A stretch of 64,000 nt of DNA, taken from contig OZ037767.1 in NCBI GenBank assembly GCA_964035545.1, positions 11,480,581 to 11,544,580 on the forward strand. Direction: 5' to 3'. This stretch comes from Bugula neritina. Its lineage: Eukaryota; Animalia; Bryozoa. A program made the position numbers and the translations under genes. Shown here piece after piece: positions 39,376 to 53,200 of the stretch; position 1 is the first letter of the stretch, and each line of letters starts with the position of its first letter. The notes beneath the pieces were generated by a model. The model did no database searches and was not told where the DNA came from. It worked only from the letters and a program-made list of their open reading frames with translations.

Positions 39376-42300
39376 TACTACTAGTACTACTAGAACTACT
39401 AGTGCTACTAGTACCTCTAATACTATTGTCACATTTACTACACACAATACCCACTAATACATAGAGTCATAAACTATACATCAGTATGTCCACCTCAGTA
39501 ACCATGTAAGTGTGTATTAAGTTGTGTCACTCTCCAATTACCAGATAGAAATGGAGGACTCACAAGGCAAAGATGAGTCATCAGAGACCGACAGTGATGA
39601 CGAGGTGTTGGCTCAGGTACGCCACTCAGTTGCTCTGCTCTATACGCTGTTTTACTTCCTGTTTGTATTTTGTACTGGGAGTTACATCCACTTACTCTGT
39701 GTATCTAGCTCACTGTTGATGTGGCCCACCCAACTCTAATGTCAACTGTTTGTAGTCTAGTTGACTGAACCAACTTTTCTCTCTTTATGTATCGCCGTTT
39801 TACTAGAACTAAGTACGCGCGGGCGCTTTACGATTTTATTTCATCGAAAATATGCCTGATGGTCGCTCAGTAAAGTAAGCTGAATGTAGGCACAACTTTC
39901 ACAGTCTAACTATGCACAGGTTTTATTCTATCAATTAAGGGTTGCAGCTTTCCGATAATTTAAGTGAGCACATATTGTGTTACTCCTTGCGCTAGTGAGG
40001 GAGCTGCTACCAGTGCTGGCTCTTAGACTAGTGAATTGTGGTCAGGGGTTTTAATATCATATGCACTATTGTGTCTGTGCGTATATACACATAATTTCCC
40101 ATATATACTGTGTACCTTTTGCTGTGAAGAAGGTAAGTGGGGCGTGTGACAAGGCCATCTAGTCACCTTAATAGAACTACAGGCTATGATACCATACCAA
40201 CTAATGTTGCCAGCAGTTTTCTTTTACCTAGATTATTTAAGTAGCTCATTGCAATTTTTGTTTAGGCACAGTACTGTAGCGCAACATGGTGTAGTTTAAA
40301 TTAGTGTGGTCATTACTGTGTAGTATAATAGCTCAGCAACTCGCTGCTTTGTGTTAACTGGTGTAGTATAATGTAGTTACACAGTATGTAATGTGTACAA
40401 CACACTACATGTTGTCTGTTCTAATAATGTTATTCAGCTCATATTGCTCGCCACATCTCTATCCCAGGTATGTTTATTAGTGTTTATTATGAGCGCTTCT
40501 GATCCCAAGTTTCCTCAACTCTTTTTGAAGCAAAAGGCATTCTTCTATTTTATATTCAGGCAGCGAAGAAGAGCAAATGGGAGGCGGATGCTGACGACAT
40601 GAAGCTGGGTATGTGTGATGTAGTCCCGGAGTTGTGGTCACGGCTCAGTGACATCAACAGCATGTCTTATAACCGCGTTCTCTCTTGCAGTATTCTTGTT
40701 ACTTATCGAAGTTATTGTTGTGATGCTGCTCAACAGCAGTTTATCTTGATGGATTACATGAGTTTATCTGTCAAGTATGATTGATCTGCTATAAATTGTT
40801 GAATGAATGACTTGTATGCTCACAGTAGACCCTTTTCCTATGATCATATAACTTAATTTATAATTGAGAGTTGTGTCCCCTTAGCAGGTACATACTTTAA
40901 CCTTATTATATAAAGCAGTTATTTCTTGTTTAATAGAAGCTTGATTAACATATGTACTTACTAAGGAGGCACAATGCTCAGTTATAAATTGACCATCAGA
41001 GTCATTGGAAAAGAGTCGTGATTGGCAAATGAGTACATACCATGCCCACCCATATTCTCTGAGTATGTGTCACTTGACTATCATGTGTGGATGTGTTTAA
41101 CATCTTTCAGACAAGTTAGATGGTCTGCTTCATAAAAAAGCAGACGGCGCAAAAAATATGGAAGATTTTCTTAGTTTACCTGACGACTACGAGTCCAAGG
41201 CTCGTGGCGAGGATGGAAAGAAACATGTAAGTTGGTGCCTTTAGATGATTCATATAACAGTTACTATTACTAAGTAGACTATAAACTAGTGTTCTATTAA
41301 CTTACACCTCATCACTTTATAATAAAACCAAATTATATTCACATTAAACATACGAATTATTCTGAATACAAGATAATAGTCGGCCCTTCATACTAATTCA
41401 TACTAAAAGGGCCCACAATTTCAACTATGCCTTTGAAAATTATGTTAATTATATATTTTACTCTTCTTTTATTGATATATGATATTTCAGTTTGTAGTTT
41501 TTTAATCAATTTCTAATTACAGCTCAGTTTTTGTGTTTATAAGCCATTCGCTATTATGCAAATAGGTACAACTGGTAGATTCATAATAAGCAAATAGATG
41601 TCATCTTTTCTTTACAGGAAACAATCTCTTCTTTTATGTCTATTATTTCTATCGCATTGATATTTGAAACTATGTTATAATCTATTAAATTAAAAATATT
41701 TGAAGTCATTGTAAATTTTCCAATCTTGACTCAACCTTTTATTTAAAGTATTTATTCATATATCTAACTCAGTATTGGTACAAATTCACTAAGTATGGAT
41801 TATTACCATCACAGATGGTGATTTTTACTCCCATATTTTACTAATAGTAGAGGTTTATTACGATGTCCTTTACTATATTATTTGCTATGTAATCTTCTAG
41901 GTTATCTACTATATTATTTGCTATTTTATCTACTATATTATCTACTATGTTATCTGCTATGTTATCTACTATGTTATCTGCTATGTAATCTACTATGTTA
42001 TCTACTATGTTATCTGCTATGTAATTTACTATGTTATATGTTATGTAATCTACTATGTTATCTACTATGTTATCTGCTATGTAATTTACTATGTTATATG
42101 TTATGTAATCTACTATGTTATCTACTATATTATCTACTATGTTATCTGCTATGTTATCTGCTATGTTATCTGCTATGTAATCTACTATGTTATCTACTAT
42201 GTTATCTGCTATGTAATCTACTATGTTATATGTTATGTAATCTACTATGTTATCTACTACTTTATCTGCTATGTAATCTACTATGTTATCTGCTATGTAA

Positions 42301-42564
42301 TCTACTATGTTATCTACTATTTTATCTGCTATGTAATCTACTATGTTATCTGCTATGTAATCTACTATGTTATCTGCTATGTAATCTACTATGTTATCTA
42401 CTATGTTATGTGCTATGCTTTAGGTTCGGTGGGCTGATTTAGAGGAAAAGCGGTTGCAAGATCGTGACAGACAACTGGGCTTTGTGGTTGGCCACACCAA
42501 CTGGAACCGCATAGTGGATGATGACTATGCCAACAAACAAATGAATAAAACCAAATTTTTCTAG
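28244..42564 (+). CDS. YLPM1: YLP motif-containing protein 1 (ZAP3; P-loop nucleotide kinase-like domain, PP1-binding), complete multi-exon CDS
   Basis: Pro/Gln/Arg-rich N-terminal exons (28244-28519 ... 29649-30538, 32709-33355, 34490-34744, 35324-35448) including QFQEQYTTWKKQFDDWKEQNKDHPDKEQYKQYEQQW. Kinase-like domain exons 36346-36509 (IVRGPPGAGKT Walker A), 36885-37004 (KEAANGGSAPRILNLDDYF), 37330-37455 (EYEYEAEMENSYR..FKKTVEKGYFSFIIVDAVN), 38146-38280 (CFARNTHNR), 39182-39265, 40560-40608 (KKSKWE), 41111-41226 (KLDGL), last exon 42424-42564 VRWADLEEKR..LGFVVGHTNW..NKTKFF*. Confidence 0.93.
30160..30435 (+). repeat. Coding 36-nt (12-aa) repeat RGVRPQNAGQSV in YLPM1
   Basis: Visible in ORF 29661..30542. 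Confidence 0.85.
32862..33200 (+). repeat. Coding 21-nt (7-aa) repeat APGQRPS/APGQRxL in YLPM1
   Basis: Tandem GCACCTGGTCAACGACCTTCA units in ORF 32669..33490. Confidence 0.9.
34736..34956 (+). repeat. 33-bp minisatellite made of seven copies of a YLPM1 splice donor junction
   Basis: GGAGA|GTAAGT with GT at 34745, 34778, 34811, 34844, 34877, 34910 and 34943. Confidence 0.92.
36536..36695. repeat. 30-bp minisatellite after a YLPM1 donor
   Basis: TATAGATTTCTACACTAGTTATGTCTAAGT-like units. Confidence 0.85.
37730..38105. repeat. TATTGTATAGTGTACAG-type degenerate minisatellite before a YLPM1 acceptor
   Basis: 7/21-bp periodicity; source of spurious ORFs 37730..37948 and 37855..38061. Confidence 0.85.
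39295..39412. repeat. (ACT)n microsatellite in YLPM1 intron
   Basis: Long perfect TAC/ACT run ~30 nt after the donor at 39266. Confidence 0.95.
41870..42418. repeat. 12-bp minisatellite (CTACTATGTTAT) running up to the last YLPM1 acceptor
   Basis: Array ends a few nt before TTTAG|GTTCGGTGG; source of spurious LLCY ORF. Confidence 0.95.
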
Positions 42565-44630
42565 CTTAGTCATGGTATGAAAAAGTTTTTAATTACTTTA
42601 TATAACTGTAATGAATATTTCTAATTTTAAAGGATATTCTGTTCTGTAATGCTGGTTAGGCTTATCTGTTTTTGCATAAAATGTTTTCAGCAAGATTGGT
42701 TTTACTTGAAGTTTATGTTTCCATTTTCCATGGAAATCAGGCAAAAAATTTTAGGTCTATTGATTAAAATGCTTATAATCAATGACAATTCGAACTAAAG
42801 TAGGAGCATAATTTGTGAATCATTTGTTACAAGGCATATTGCGTAATCATTTACCTTTTATTAATTTTTCCAGTCTGAAATTGTAGATGGAACAAACTCG
42901 GCTTCCCACTTATCTTGACAAATAAAGAAGAGCTCCGGGAATAGCTGTAACCTGTGACTATTGTCAAGATTATAACATGTACTACTGTATATAAGTTTTC
43001 AATACCTTTATGTGTACAGCACGATTTTAACATAACTAACTATCGTCTTGTATTTTTTACATATTATATTTAAGCTGGTATCTTGCACTATTTTTAGGAG
43101 AAGAGATTGGTATTGTCTGTAATTATCCTTATGTTAATGTTTGAAATGAAATAAATTGCCACTGTCACTCCTGTCAATTTGTTCTTGGATATACGCAAGC
43201 TCTCTCTCAATATATTAATGCGGATAATGTAAATACTCAGTATTATGGAGTAAGTGATGAAAGTAAACAGTATTTTTATATAGAAACATGCCACATGCTT
43301 TAATGTGTAGCCACTTGTAACATGGGAATACTTGAAGCTTTGGTAAAAGTAAAGAGTATTTTTAGCAACAAATTTTGATGTGCAGCTACTTGAAAACAAA
43401 AGCCAATTTTTATCTTGAGCTTTTTTATTATTTACCAATTGTTAACGAATCAGGTAAGTTTTATTTATTTACCTGTAGACAACTCCTTAGTTACTATTTT
43501 ATGTCTTCTCCATTGTATATGAATTATATTCTCAGGTACAAAGTTTTGTTGCTAAAACTAGCCTGGCTAATACCACGGCAGGCTAGGATCTTCAAATGTT
43601 GGCTGCGATAAACTGAAGTCTGTTACTATCACAACTACTAAGTTAAAAGCTTTACCTAGTATGCCTTTAGTTTATAAAAGTTGTTAAAACACAACATGGC
43701 TGATAAGTTTTATACAGCTTGAAGTTTGGGTTAAACTATCAGTAACTCCAGAAGTAGTGTTTGTAAAACGTTTTAGGAACCTTTTACAAGTAATTTTTCT
43801 ACCGAGTGCCCCTTTTAACACTATTATTAACTAAAAATTGTTTTTTTCTCAATTTTCCAGTTATTTTGTAGCCTCTGTAATTGCCCTCCTTTATTCAGCC
43901 TTATTAGATTTTGTGGTGTGTCTCATTTGCAATTTTCCAGTAAAAGTGAATGCATTTATCATTTTAACCCGTTTCACTTTATTTTGCCAAAATACGCAAT
44001 ACAAACAGGGGTTATCATTGGAAGAAAAACTCAGGATAACCTTTCAAAACTGAATTTTCGACTGTTTAGGTTGCTATCTGCTTTTAAGCATGGTTTGGAA
44101 ATTCTATGCAGCAAAAACTTTAATAGCAATGGAGGAATTAACTATAAATTTGTAATAAGTTTAAAATGGTAATTGGAATTTTGTATATTTATGACTCACT
44201 CTCTGACAAGTATTCTGGCAAAACTACCTTCATATTGGTTGATATGTTTTAAATGCATTACTTCCAACAGATGTTAGCCTTTTGTTAACTCCATGATGCT
44301 TTTAACTTTTTTTAGATAGAATCATATAATCTTTTTTTCTAAACTAGCAAAACAGTCAATACCATAGAATGAGAGTCTATCTTTTTTCTAAAATATTTTC
44401 AAAGACAAAAGGGATGGGTAATCTCATTTTGTAGTGACCAATTACAGCAACTCTTTCAGATTACAAAAATGTCTAAATATATAGAACCATGTTTGCCAGC
44501 TGGTTTTGCTTGACAAACGCATCTGATATGTTAGTAGCTTGATTTGTACAACTAATTAGTGTGGCAAGATTTTTCAAATATAAATGCTGTTGTAGGTAGC
44601 TTTCTTTGTTATTTTTAATGTGTCACAGTA

Positions 44631-45923
44631 AGGGTAACTGGGGGCACAACCTTCATAGGGGTAAAAAAAGCCGGTCAAATTGTGGGAGAACTTATTGATT
44701 TAGAGCTGTGATTTTTTTTTCTTTAATCAAAAGGCAATGACATAATTATTCAGCCATTGTAATTTCAACACTTGCGGAGCATACATGTTGAAGAGGCAAG
44801 TCAAAATCTGTTTTCACCTACCTTTTGTGATCTTTTTAAGATTTCGTTAGTGCTGTAGAACTTTCAACACTCAAAGCTGGCAAGCCTAGTTTTTACTGAT
44901 GTTGTTGCCATTGCTTGTCTCTGCATTGCTAAACTGGTATAATAGCAGATTCTAAAATAAATTTTCCATGAGCCACATTTATTTTCAACTTGGCCACATG
45001 GAGCACAATGGGCCACCTGACCATTGCACCCTGATCACTGTTACTAGTTTGTTTGCCCAAAAATTAGTTGAAATGTTGGTAAAATTTATAGATATAGCCA
45101 TAACTGACTTGTATGTTTTGTAAAATATCAAAGACTTCATGGTAAGACTACCAAACTACAAGGTTAGACTGCCCTCATGTACATCTGGTGAGGTTATAGC
45201 TTTGCTGTTTTATACATCATACAAAACACTCTGCTGTTGCTAATAATGGGTAGTCATGATATTCATTATACATTATATCATTGAGTATATACACATGTAG
45301 TTGACTAAAATAAATTGTGATTTGTTCATTCCTCGCCCCCTTCTAAACTCCAGCCACAAACCTCAGCCACCTTAGCTGCAGTTCATAGAAAATAGTCCAC
45401 AAGTTGGAATTTTGTAGCACATGTTATTAAAATTTGTTTTGATGAAAGTTTCTGTGAAGTGGAGTTTTTGCTCATAAATAGAAAAAACAGTTTTAGTTCC
45501 AAACAGTAATGATAGTGGCACCGTAGAAATGAGTGCGTTTGATTTTGCCTCCCCTGCTATCTGTGATAGCACAAACCTTACAGCTCAAACATGATTTTTG
45601 CTGTAGATCTGAAAGATTATTTTTATTTATTTGTGTATAATTATTAAATTAAAATCAGATGCAACCAAATCAGCAAAGTTGTAATATATTTGTTGTGTCC
45701 CACCCAGTGGCCTATTGTACCCCAGCTGGTTTGAAAATCATGAAAATTTCATTATTTTGAAGGTTGTGAAACAGGTAGAAACAACAAACTGATACCTATA
45801 ATAGACAACTGGTGTAGCATTTAGATTAGAGATCATTGAAATAGTAACTTGAAAAAACAGACGAATGAGAGTGAAAAATTCAAAATTTGGCCCATTGTGC
45901 CCTCTCCCTTCCCAGTTACCCGA
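44631..45923. mobile_element. ~1.3-kb degenerate non-autonomous DNA transposon (Tc1/pogo-like ends, tentative)
   Basis: Left GGGTAACTGGGGGCACAA; right (revcomp) GGGTAACTGGGAAGGGAGAGGGCACAATGGG. Internal related motifs GAGCACAATGGGCCAC (~45001) and TTGTGTCCCACCCAGTGGCCTATTGTACCCC (~45694). TA adjacent to both ends; no transposase ORF. Confidence 0.55.
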
Positions 45924-46941
45924 TACACATTTATAAGCTATAAAACTGAGTTACTAATTTGCAGTCATTTTTCAAACTTTTTTGTGCTATATTTTCATTT
46001 ATCTGATAATACTGGACTTCATGTGTTGAGCCATATTGACTGAGATTTGTTCGGCTGGTTGGATGTTTCTTATTATTTTAAGTAAAATTGTTTATCTATA
46101 CTAAACTTTTGTCTTCACTAAAGAGGTAGCCTATGTAGGGGTGCTGTTGTGAAATATGCATGATTCCATGCCTAATTTCGCAAAACAGTAATTTGGATAC
46201 ATGTTTCAATTGTCTCCTGCTGGATATTTGTTTATTATTGAGTAAAGTTTATTCCATAGAGCAATAAAACAGTTGTTCTTTAATCATAAGTTACAAATTC
46301 ATAGATTTATTTCACTATTGGATGGTGAACTCAATTATGTTATAGTTCGATGACCCTCCCCCCCCCCCACCCCTTCAACTTTATATGTGTAGAATCATAT
46401 ATAAAACCGACATTTTACTTACTCAATTGATACTAAACTAAACATTTTATGCCCATAGTGGTGTTATGCATTCCCATCAATGTAGCTAATGTAATGTAGC
46501 AATGCTAAAGCAATGTAGCTAAATACATAGCCATGCCAAGTTATAATGTGGATAGGACACTCCTCTTCCACTCTATTTCTGCTTTTGAATAAAGTTTATG
46601 TAAATTATTTTCATACTTGTTCTTCTGCATTAAATAACCGTTAAATAATTGGCTTTGAATTTATTGTCTAGGGTAAAACAAAGAAACAAAAACATTTGTT
46701 TTTAAGATGGCCTGAGTTTTTACAATCAGCCTCCAAATATGGGAAGGTCTTTGTATTGATTCTAGATAATAAGCACTAAATATGTTTATGGTTATATCAA
46801 TTGTAAAGAATTTTTTTTCTAATCTCATACTTGTCACTGTTAGTGTAGAGGCAACTGTGGATAAAGGGCATTATGTTGCTCCTACCCACCCTGCAGTTGC
46901 CGAATAAGTTTTTTTTAATTTGTCTATTTGTTCTCCCTAAG

Positions 46942-48233
46942 CTGTCGTATATTATAATACTAAAGTTAAACCTCAAACAGAGAAGATGCTTCTCACAGAA
47001 TATAGTTATAAGTAATGTTATATTGAAAGATATTCTGAAGTTCTAGCCGTCGTGTTTATTACTCAATTACTTTCACAGTGCCGGTTGGTGGAAAGATCTG
47101 GAAAGCCGACTATGTCTTGGAGGCTGCAGAGAGGCTAGCATTTGGTAAAGGCTTGTTTGGTTATAGCAGCTACTCACATCTGCTTATGATTCTAATTTCT
47201 GTGAACTTATTGGTGAAGAGTTTTAGGCACGCTGTGGACTGTCCCTCAAAGTGAGTTGGCCTCAAGGAAAGACTAGGCTACGTAAGCAGTTATTACTACA
47301 TAGGAATCACTAGATGCAGCACAAAGTTTAGGGCCATTACGTGCAGTGTGTATGAACATTGTTCAAACTCACCTCTCACCGCACTCAGTGACCACCAACT
47401 TTGTGCTGCTTTAAGCTATTTTCTGACTACATGTGTTGTAACATAACCAGTGGTCCTGCTAGATTTTGGCTCATTAACCCTAGTTCATCCGCTAATCACC
47501 ATCACAAATATAGATTAATCATCTCTCCTGTGCAATAACAAGTGTACATAACTTCTGTATGCGGTTACAAGATTTGCTAAAACATGTCTTTCATGCAGCC
47601 TTCTACTTGTCCCACTTAATAAAATTGCTTCCATTTGCTGCTCTGTTGTAACAAGGAAAAAATTTTGACTGTTCAATAGTTTACTTGTTCTCCTCCACCC
47701 CACAGTAATACTACATACCTCTGTAATCTTCCACAACGAACTTATTGTGTTATATATTGATGTTGGACGTTTATCTTGAATGGTTGTTGTAGTTGCTTAG
47801 AGTTATCCTCCCAATACGTTTATCACGACAGATTATTGAAGTTGTTGTAAAAGAGATGCCTTGCTACAGAACCTCTGACGTACCTAATACCTTCCCATTT
47901 AGGTTGGTCTGTATAAAATATCTTTAAACTTTTCATTTAACATTTATTTATATAACATTTATTTATATAATGAATTTACATTCCTCGGCTCTTCATGCGA
48001 TGTGAAAATGTTAGAAAGTAAAACTAGATTCACACTGAACTCATGAGCATAAGCATTTAATTCTTTAATTTATTCATTTGCTCGATTCCCCATTGGCTCT
48101 CTTGTTTTTGAAGATTCAAATTATTGGTTGCTTTTGTTTTATTTCTAACTTGTTAAATTTTAATTTATTATTGACTCACTTTTAGCTCATTCAACTTATT
48201 TTCTGCTACAGTTACCGAAGGAATAAAGAATAG
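46942..48233 (+). CDS. Candidate small spliced gene of unknown product (not in ORF track)
   Basis: AG/GT-bounded segments 46942-47011, 47079-47144 (66 nt), 47227-47250 (24 nt), 47801-47902 (102 nt) and 48212-48233 join in one open frame: MLLTEYSYNAGWWKDLESRLCLGGCREASIWHAVDCPSKVILPIRLSRQIIEVVVKEMPCYRTSDVPNTFPFSYRRNKE*. No homologue recognised. Confidence 0.35.
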
Positions 48234-50235
48234 AAATAGAGTCACTACTGTTCACCACAGATGACAAGGTTACAGGAGATTAGATGACCAGACCAGGTAG
48301 TTCTTGAATTTCCCTTGAACAGACACCTGTGTCTACCTGCGTATGCATGACTTTAGAGCATGTGTCAACACTGTCTTTTCTCAAGTTTCTTATAACATGT
48401 TTCTCAAAGTTTATTGTCTTTAGGAGCAGTTTACATGCTGTAACCGATAAAATAATATTTTCCAATCTAATAATGTAAATGTATATGGCATTCTACATGA
48501 AATTAGTCTTGTACAACAGTAATTGTACTTAACTGATTTAAAAAAATTTAATGATGAGTTTCATTGGATACTTTAATTTTGTAAAACTGAGTTTTATTTA
48601 AAAAATATAATATGGTTGTAAAGCAGATTTTAGTTGTTTTGCTGCCATTTAGTTTTGTTCATGTGTGAATGAAGATTGGCACTCATTTAAATTTTCTAAA
48701 ATTTTTAGATTGAATTGTTTGAAATGAGCTTATTAATATTTGTGCAAATTGATTTTTTGATGTGATGTACCGAATTTGTATGAAATACATGTCATTAATG
48801 TTTGAACTTCACAGCTTAAATTTTTTGCTTTTCTTTTTCAGATAATCAAATGTTTTTGGCTTGTTAGAAAGTTGGGAAATAATGCCATGCCACTATTTGA
48901 CACTAAAATTGTCCTGGAAGTTTATTCAAGCAGAAACATCTTTCTACTCCACTTCTTTGTGTATAAATGTAAAGACACCACTTTTCTTAAATAAAACCTG
49001 GCTCTAGAGCTTAGGAAATTATATATAGCTAATTTGATGCATATAAGTTACTTGCTTCTCGAGCATTGGGCTAGTTACCACCAGGAAGCATGTGAATAAC
49101 CGATATGTTGTGTATACATTAGCACTTTTGCTCCTTTACTTCTTATTTTCTACATCTTTTTGATTATGTAAATTTTTTGTCTTTTTTCCTGGTGTGGTTC
49201 TTATGCATACTTTCCTCTAATTTATCTTTGGTTTACCTTACCAGTTTTATATGAATTATTTGGTGCTTATACATATTATATTTAATCTATTTGTATTTAC
49301 AAACTTTTTAAATTGTGCTTAAAAACAAACTTCGAGAATCTCAAGACTTCATTGTAACTAAATATCTATCATCTGTAGGCCTAAACACAACTCTACACAC
49401 CCAATAGCTGTCACACTCCCATGACCATTCACATTATTTTCTTTGTTGTGACTGCAAGCAAAGAGATAAAAGCTATAGTTTGAATTCTATTATACACAAT
49501 TATTAATATGTAGAAATTGCTGATTTTAGAGTAAATTTTGCTTTCCTATTAGCTTGTTTTTGATAATCAAACAAAGAATTAACTTGTGTTCTCTTTGGTT
49601 TGCTTCCATGTTCAGTATTGATATCCATTAATTGTCCTCAGAACTTTCTGTAATAAACTAAATTCAGATGCGAAATGCATTACTTTGCAAATTACCATTT
49701 TTGACAAACACTTATCAATTGATCAATGATTTAATTTATATTTTAATCATTTTATTATCACATGAGAAGAATATTCATATTTGCTGTTTAATTTATTATA
49801 AAAGATATTATAATTATTTCACTAATAAATAAAGCAGAATAGCATTAATATTCTATCTTATTACAGCCCTTCTATAAAATATTGCTATGGACGGTCAAAA
49901 GGAAGACATAAAAATTGAAACACTATCAAAGTGATAATCACAAATGGTACTAATCACTCTCCACTCAGTTCTAATTATGCATAAATGTAATACTTAAATT
50001 ATAATAAATATTTTGAATAAAAAGTTGACAACTTGAGGGCGTGACTGGTCAGCACAGCAGGACATGCCTTACTTTCATGCAGAGAATAACACAGTTGAAC
50101 AAAATAGTGTAATAAAAGGATATGCAAAACCACAATAGCTTTATCAGAACCTTAGATATTCAGTATAACTGGCGCGACTGACATGAGATTTTGCCTGCCA
50201 GAACCTCACTTCTGTACTCCGAGGAGAAGAAAAGC

Positions 50236-53200
50236 TTAATTAAAATGATCTCTCACAGGTCTGTGTATAGGTGAAGGAGTATTATTGTGTAGAGAGGTTG
50301 TGGATTCAGACAGCACACCCTGTAGACTAGAGACCCTGTCCTGTAGATCAGTCAGTATATTCATACTGTGACTCTTAATTCCTTCCATTGAGTTCAGATG
50401 TCTTTGCATCTGTTCCTGCATCTTCTTCCTGAAGAATACAACAGCTCATACAATACTACAGCTCATATAATACAACAGTTCATATAATACAACAGTACAT
50501 ACAATACTACAGTTCATATAATACAACAGTTCATATAATACTACAGTCCATACAATACTACAGTCCATACAATACAACAGTTCATATAATACAACAGTTC
50601 ATATAATACTACAGTTCATACAATACTACAGTTCATACAATACTACAGTCCATACAATACTACAGTCCATACAATACTACAGTTCATACAGCACAACAGG
50701 AACCCGGACGAAGGAAAGTTACTTAATGACTCCACTATAAGAAATGAGACATCTACCATGTTTCCTTTCCTGCTGTGACGGTTCAAAGCCCAATATTAGC
50801 ATGTTATTCTTCTCCACAATGATATAATATGTAGCTAAATAATATACATATCAATTTGGTTTCACACTAAACCTATGATGACGAGATTAAAGTAGAGGAT
50901 AGCAAGACGCCACACCCACCTTATAATTTCCTGCTCGGCATCCAATTTACGCCGGACTGAACCCGTAGAAGGAGGTTTTCTGGGAGATGGGGTTTTGGTC
51001 TGAGAACTACCAGTCCAGCGACCATCCACTTGTTTTGAATGTACCTGAAAATGTAAGTACATCACACAATAAGTACGTCACAACGGAAGTACATCACTCA
51101 GTAAGTATATCACAATGTAAGTACATCACAATGTAAGCACCTGAAAATGTAAGTAGGTATATCACAATGTAAGTATATCACAATGTAAGTATATCACAAC
51201 GTAAGTATATCACAATGTAAGTATATCACAACGTAAGTGTATCACAACATAAGTATATCACAATGTAAGTATATCACAACGTAAGTGTATCACAATGTAA
51301 GTAAAACAAATCACAAACTTTCTAATTATAGGTGGCAAAATACTCCGTGAATATTCATATTTCTAATCCCAAGACACATAGCCACATTGATCATGACACA
51401 CATTAGCAACTCTGCGGGCGTATGCATACCCTGCCCAAGTTCTCCTTCAATGACATCACTTCATTGGCTATGAATGCCTTTTGAGCTCGAAGTTCATCCA
51501 ATTCGCTTGCAGCTTCAGCTCGAGATTTCTCTAACTCTGCCATGCCCAGCGTAACCTCCTATCAACAGACGTGTGTACTTGAAGTTAAGACCTTCTAAGT
51601 TTAAATGATGTGGCGCAGAATACATCCTATAGTGTTAACTATAGTGTAAAATGATTGCTAATAATTCCTATACATGCTTAAAAAGCTGAATCAAATTGAG
51701 TGCACTGAGTACAACCAACAGTGCAAAACATGGTAAATGAAATGTTCAGAAGTGTAAAATACATGAATTATACAATTTTTTAAAGTCAACTGGCAGAAAT
51801 ACAATCACATTTAAAATACTAATAGCTTCCAAATATTGACAATTTTAATTGTCAACTCACTTAAAGGACATTCATATAAATTGAAGCAGAGAAAACTTTG
51901 CATAAGAAAATGTGTAGAAATTGTGACAGGTTTACCGAAAAATACAGATATATATAAAAAAAACTAAAAATATGTCTTCTTAAAGGAAATTCTTGTAACA
52001 GAGTAGCCAAGTTGAGTACCAGTTGAGTAGCAATAGGCAAGGCAAAGCTTGCTACATACTGAATAAACATTTGACACTAGCATGTACCTAGAGTTTATAA
52101 CTTAAATCTCTAGCACCAAACAGCAATGACAGTCAGAAACATGAAACTTAAAAACTACGGAATACTGCATGATAAAACAACTCACCTGCTGAATATCATG
52201 CTTCAGATTAGAGATGGTTTCAGTGAGTTTAGAGTCCTTGTTGGTCTGAAGCTCTAAGGTCACCACCGTTCTTTTCAGCACCTCCACCTGGTCTCTGGCC
52301 GCTGCCAACTCGCTGTTGAGTCTATCAGCTCTCTGGGAGTGCTGCTGGGCAATCCACTCCAAGTCTTCCACCTCTACTTCGCGCTTACCCCTCAGTGCCT
52401 TACACTCCTGCAGTGAACAGAGCAGTTAATTGAAAGTAGAACTATCAGATAATGTAGAAACAGGGCACCTTTACAACATGCCACCAACTGTATCTGTACT
52501 GGCAAACACTATAAACATTATGTAGATTTCAATTACTATCCTGGAATTTGTAAATGCATTTGATTTGTGTGTATGACATTCAGTGGCTATTTTATGTGTC
52601 ACACATAACATCTGACAGCTACTCTATGAGTGACACATGACATCTAACAGCTACCTTGTGTGACATACGTGACATCTGACAGCTACCTTGTGTGACACAC
52701 GTGACATCTGACAGGTACCCTATATGTCACACATGGCATCTGACAGCTAGCCTATGTGTCACACATGGCATCTGACGGCTACCCTATGTATCACACATGA
52801 AAAGATAGTATCTGGGGCACCTGCTTGACTTGTGACAGCTCTTCATTCAGAGAGCTGATGTGATCATCTGATTGTTTCTTGACTTTGGTGAGTGAATCAT
52901 TTCTTGTCTGCAACCTCTGGGCAAACTCAGTCAGTCTCCTCATTAAATCTGCATTAGTTGTTCTTTCACTCTCCAACTCTGCATCTGCATTACAATGCAA
53001 TCCAATTATACCAGCAACCTTTGAGTCTCTCTTAAGCATACAAACCAAGCAGTAGAAATTAAAACTAGCAGCTACATATACAAATCAAACAAATTTTAGA
53101 ATTTTCAGATCCAAATCAAACTTAAACATATTGACCTTAAATAATATTTATGATTGCATACTAGAGATAAAATCACAAGATGGCATCACATTGATAGATC

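Noticed and set aside
41882-42442. 186-aa LLCY-repeat ORF (also 3242..3556, 6542..6766, 13570..13977, 18828..19106, 37730..38061, 39230..39464)
   Set aside because: These are translations of intronic micro/minisatellites lying between identifiable splice sites.
50114-50123. ATATCCTTTT U12-type 5' splice motif on the minus strand
   Set aside because: It lies downstream of the CNTRL stop with no matching U12 branch/AC acceptor seen; likely chance.
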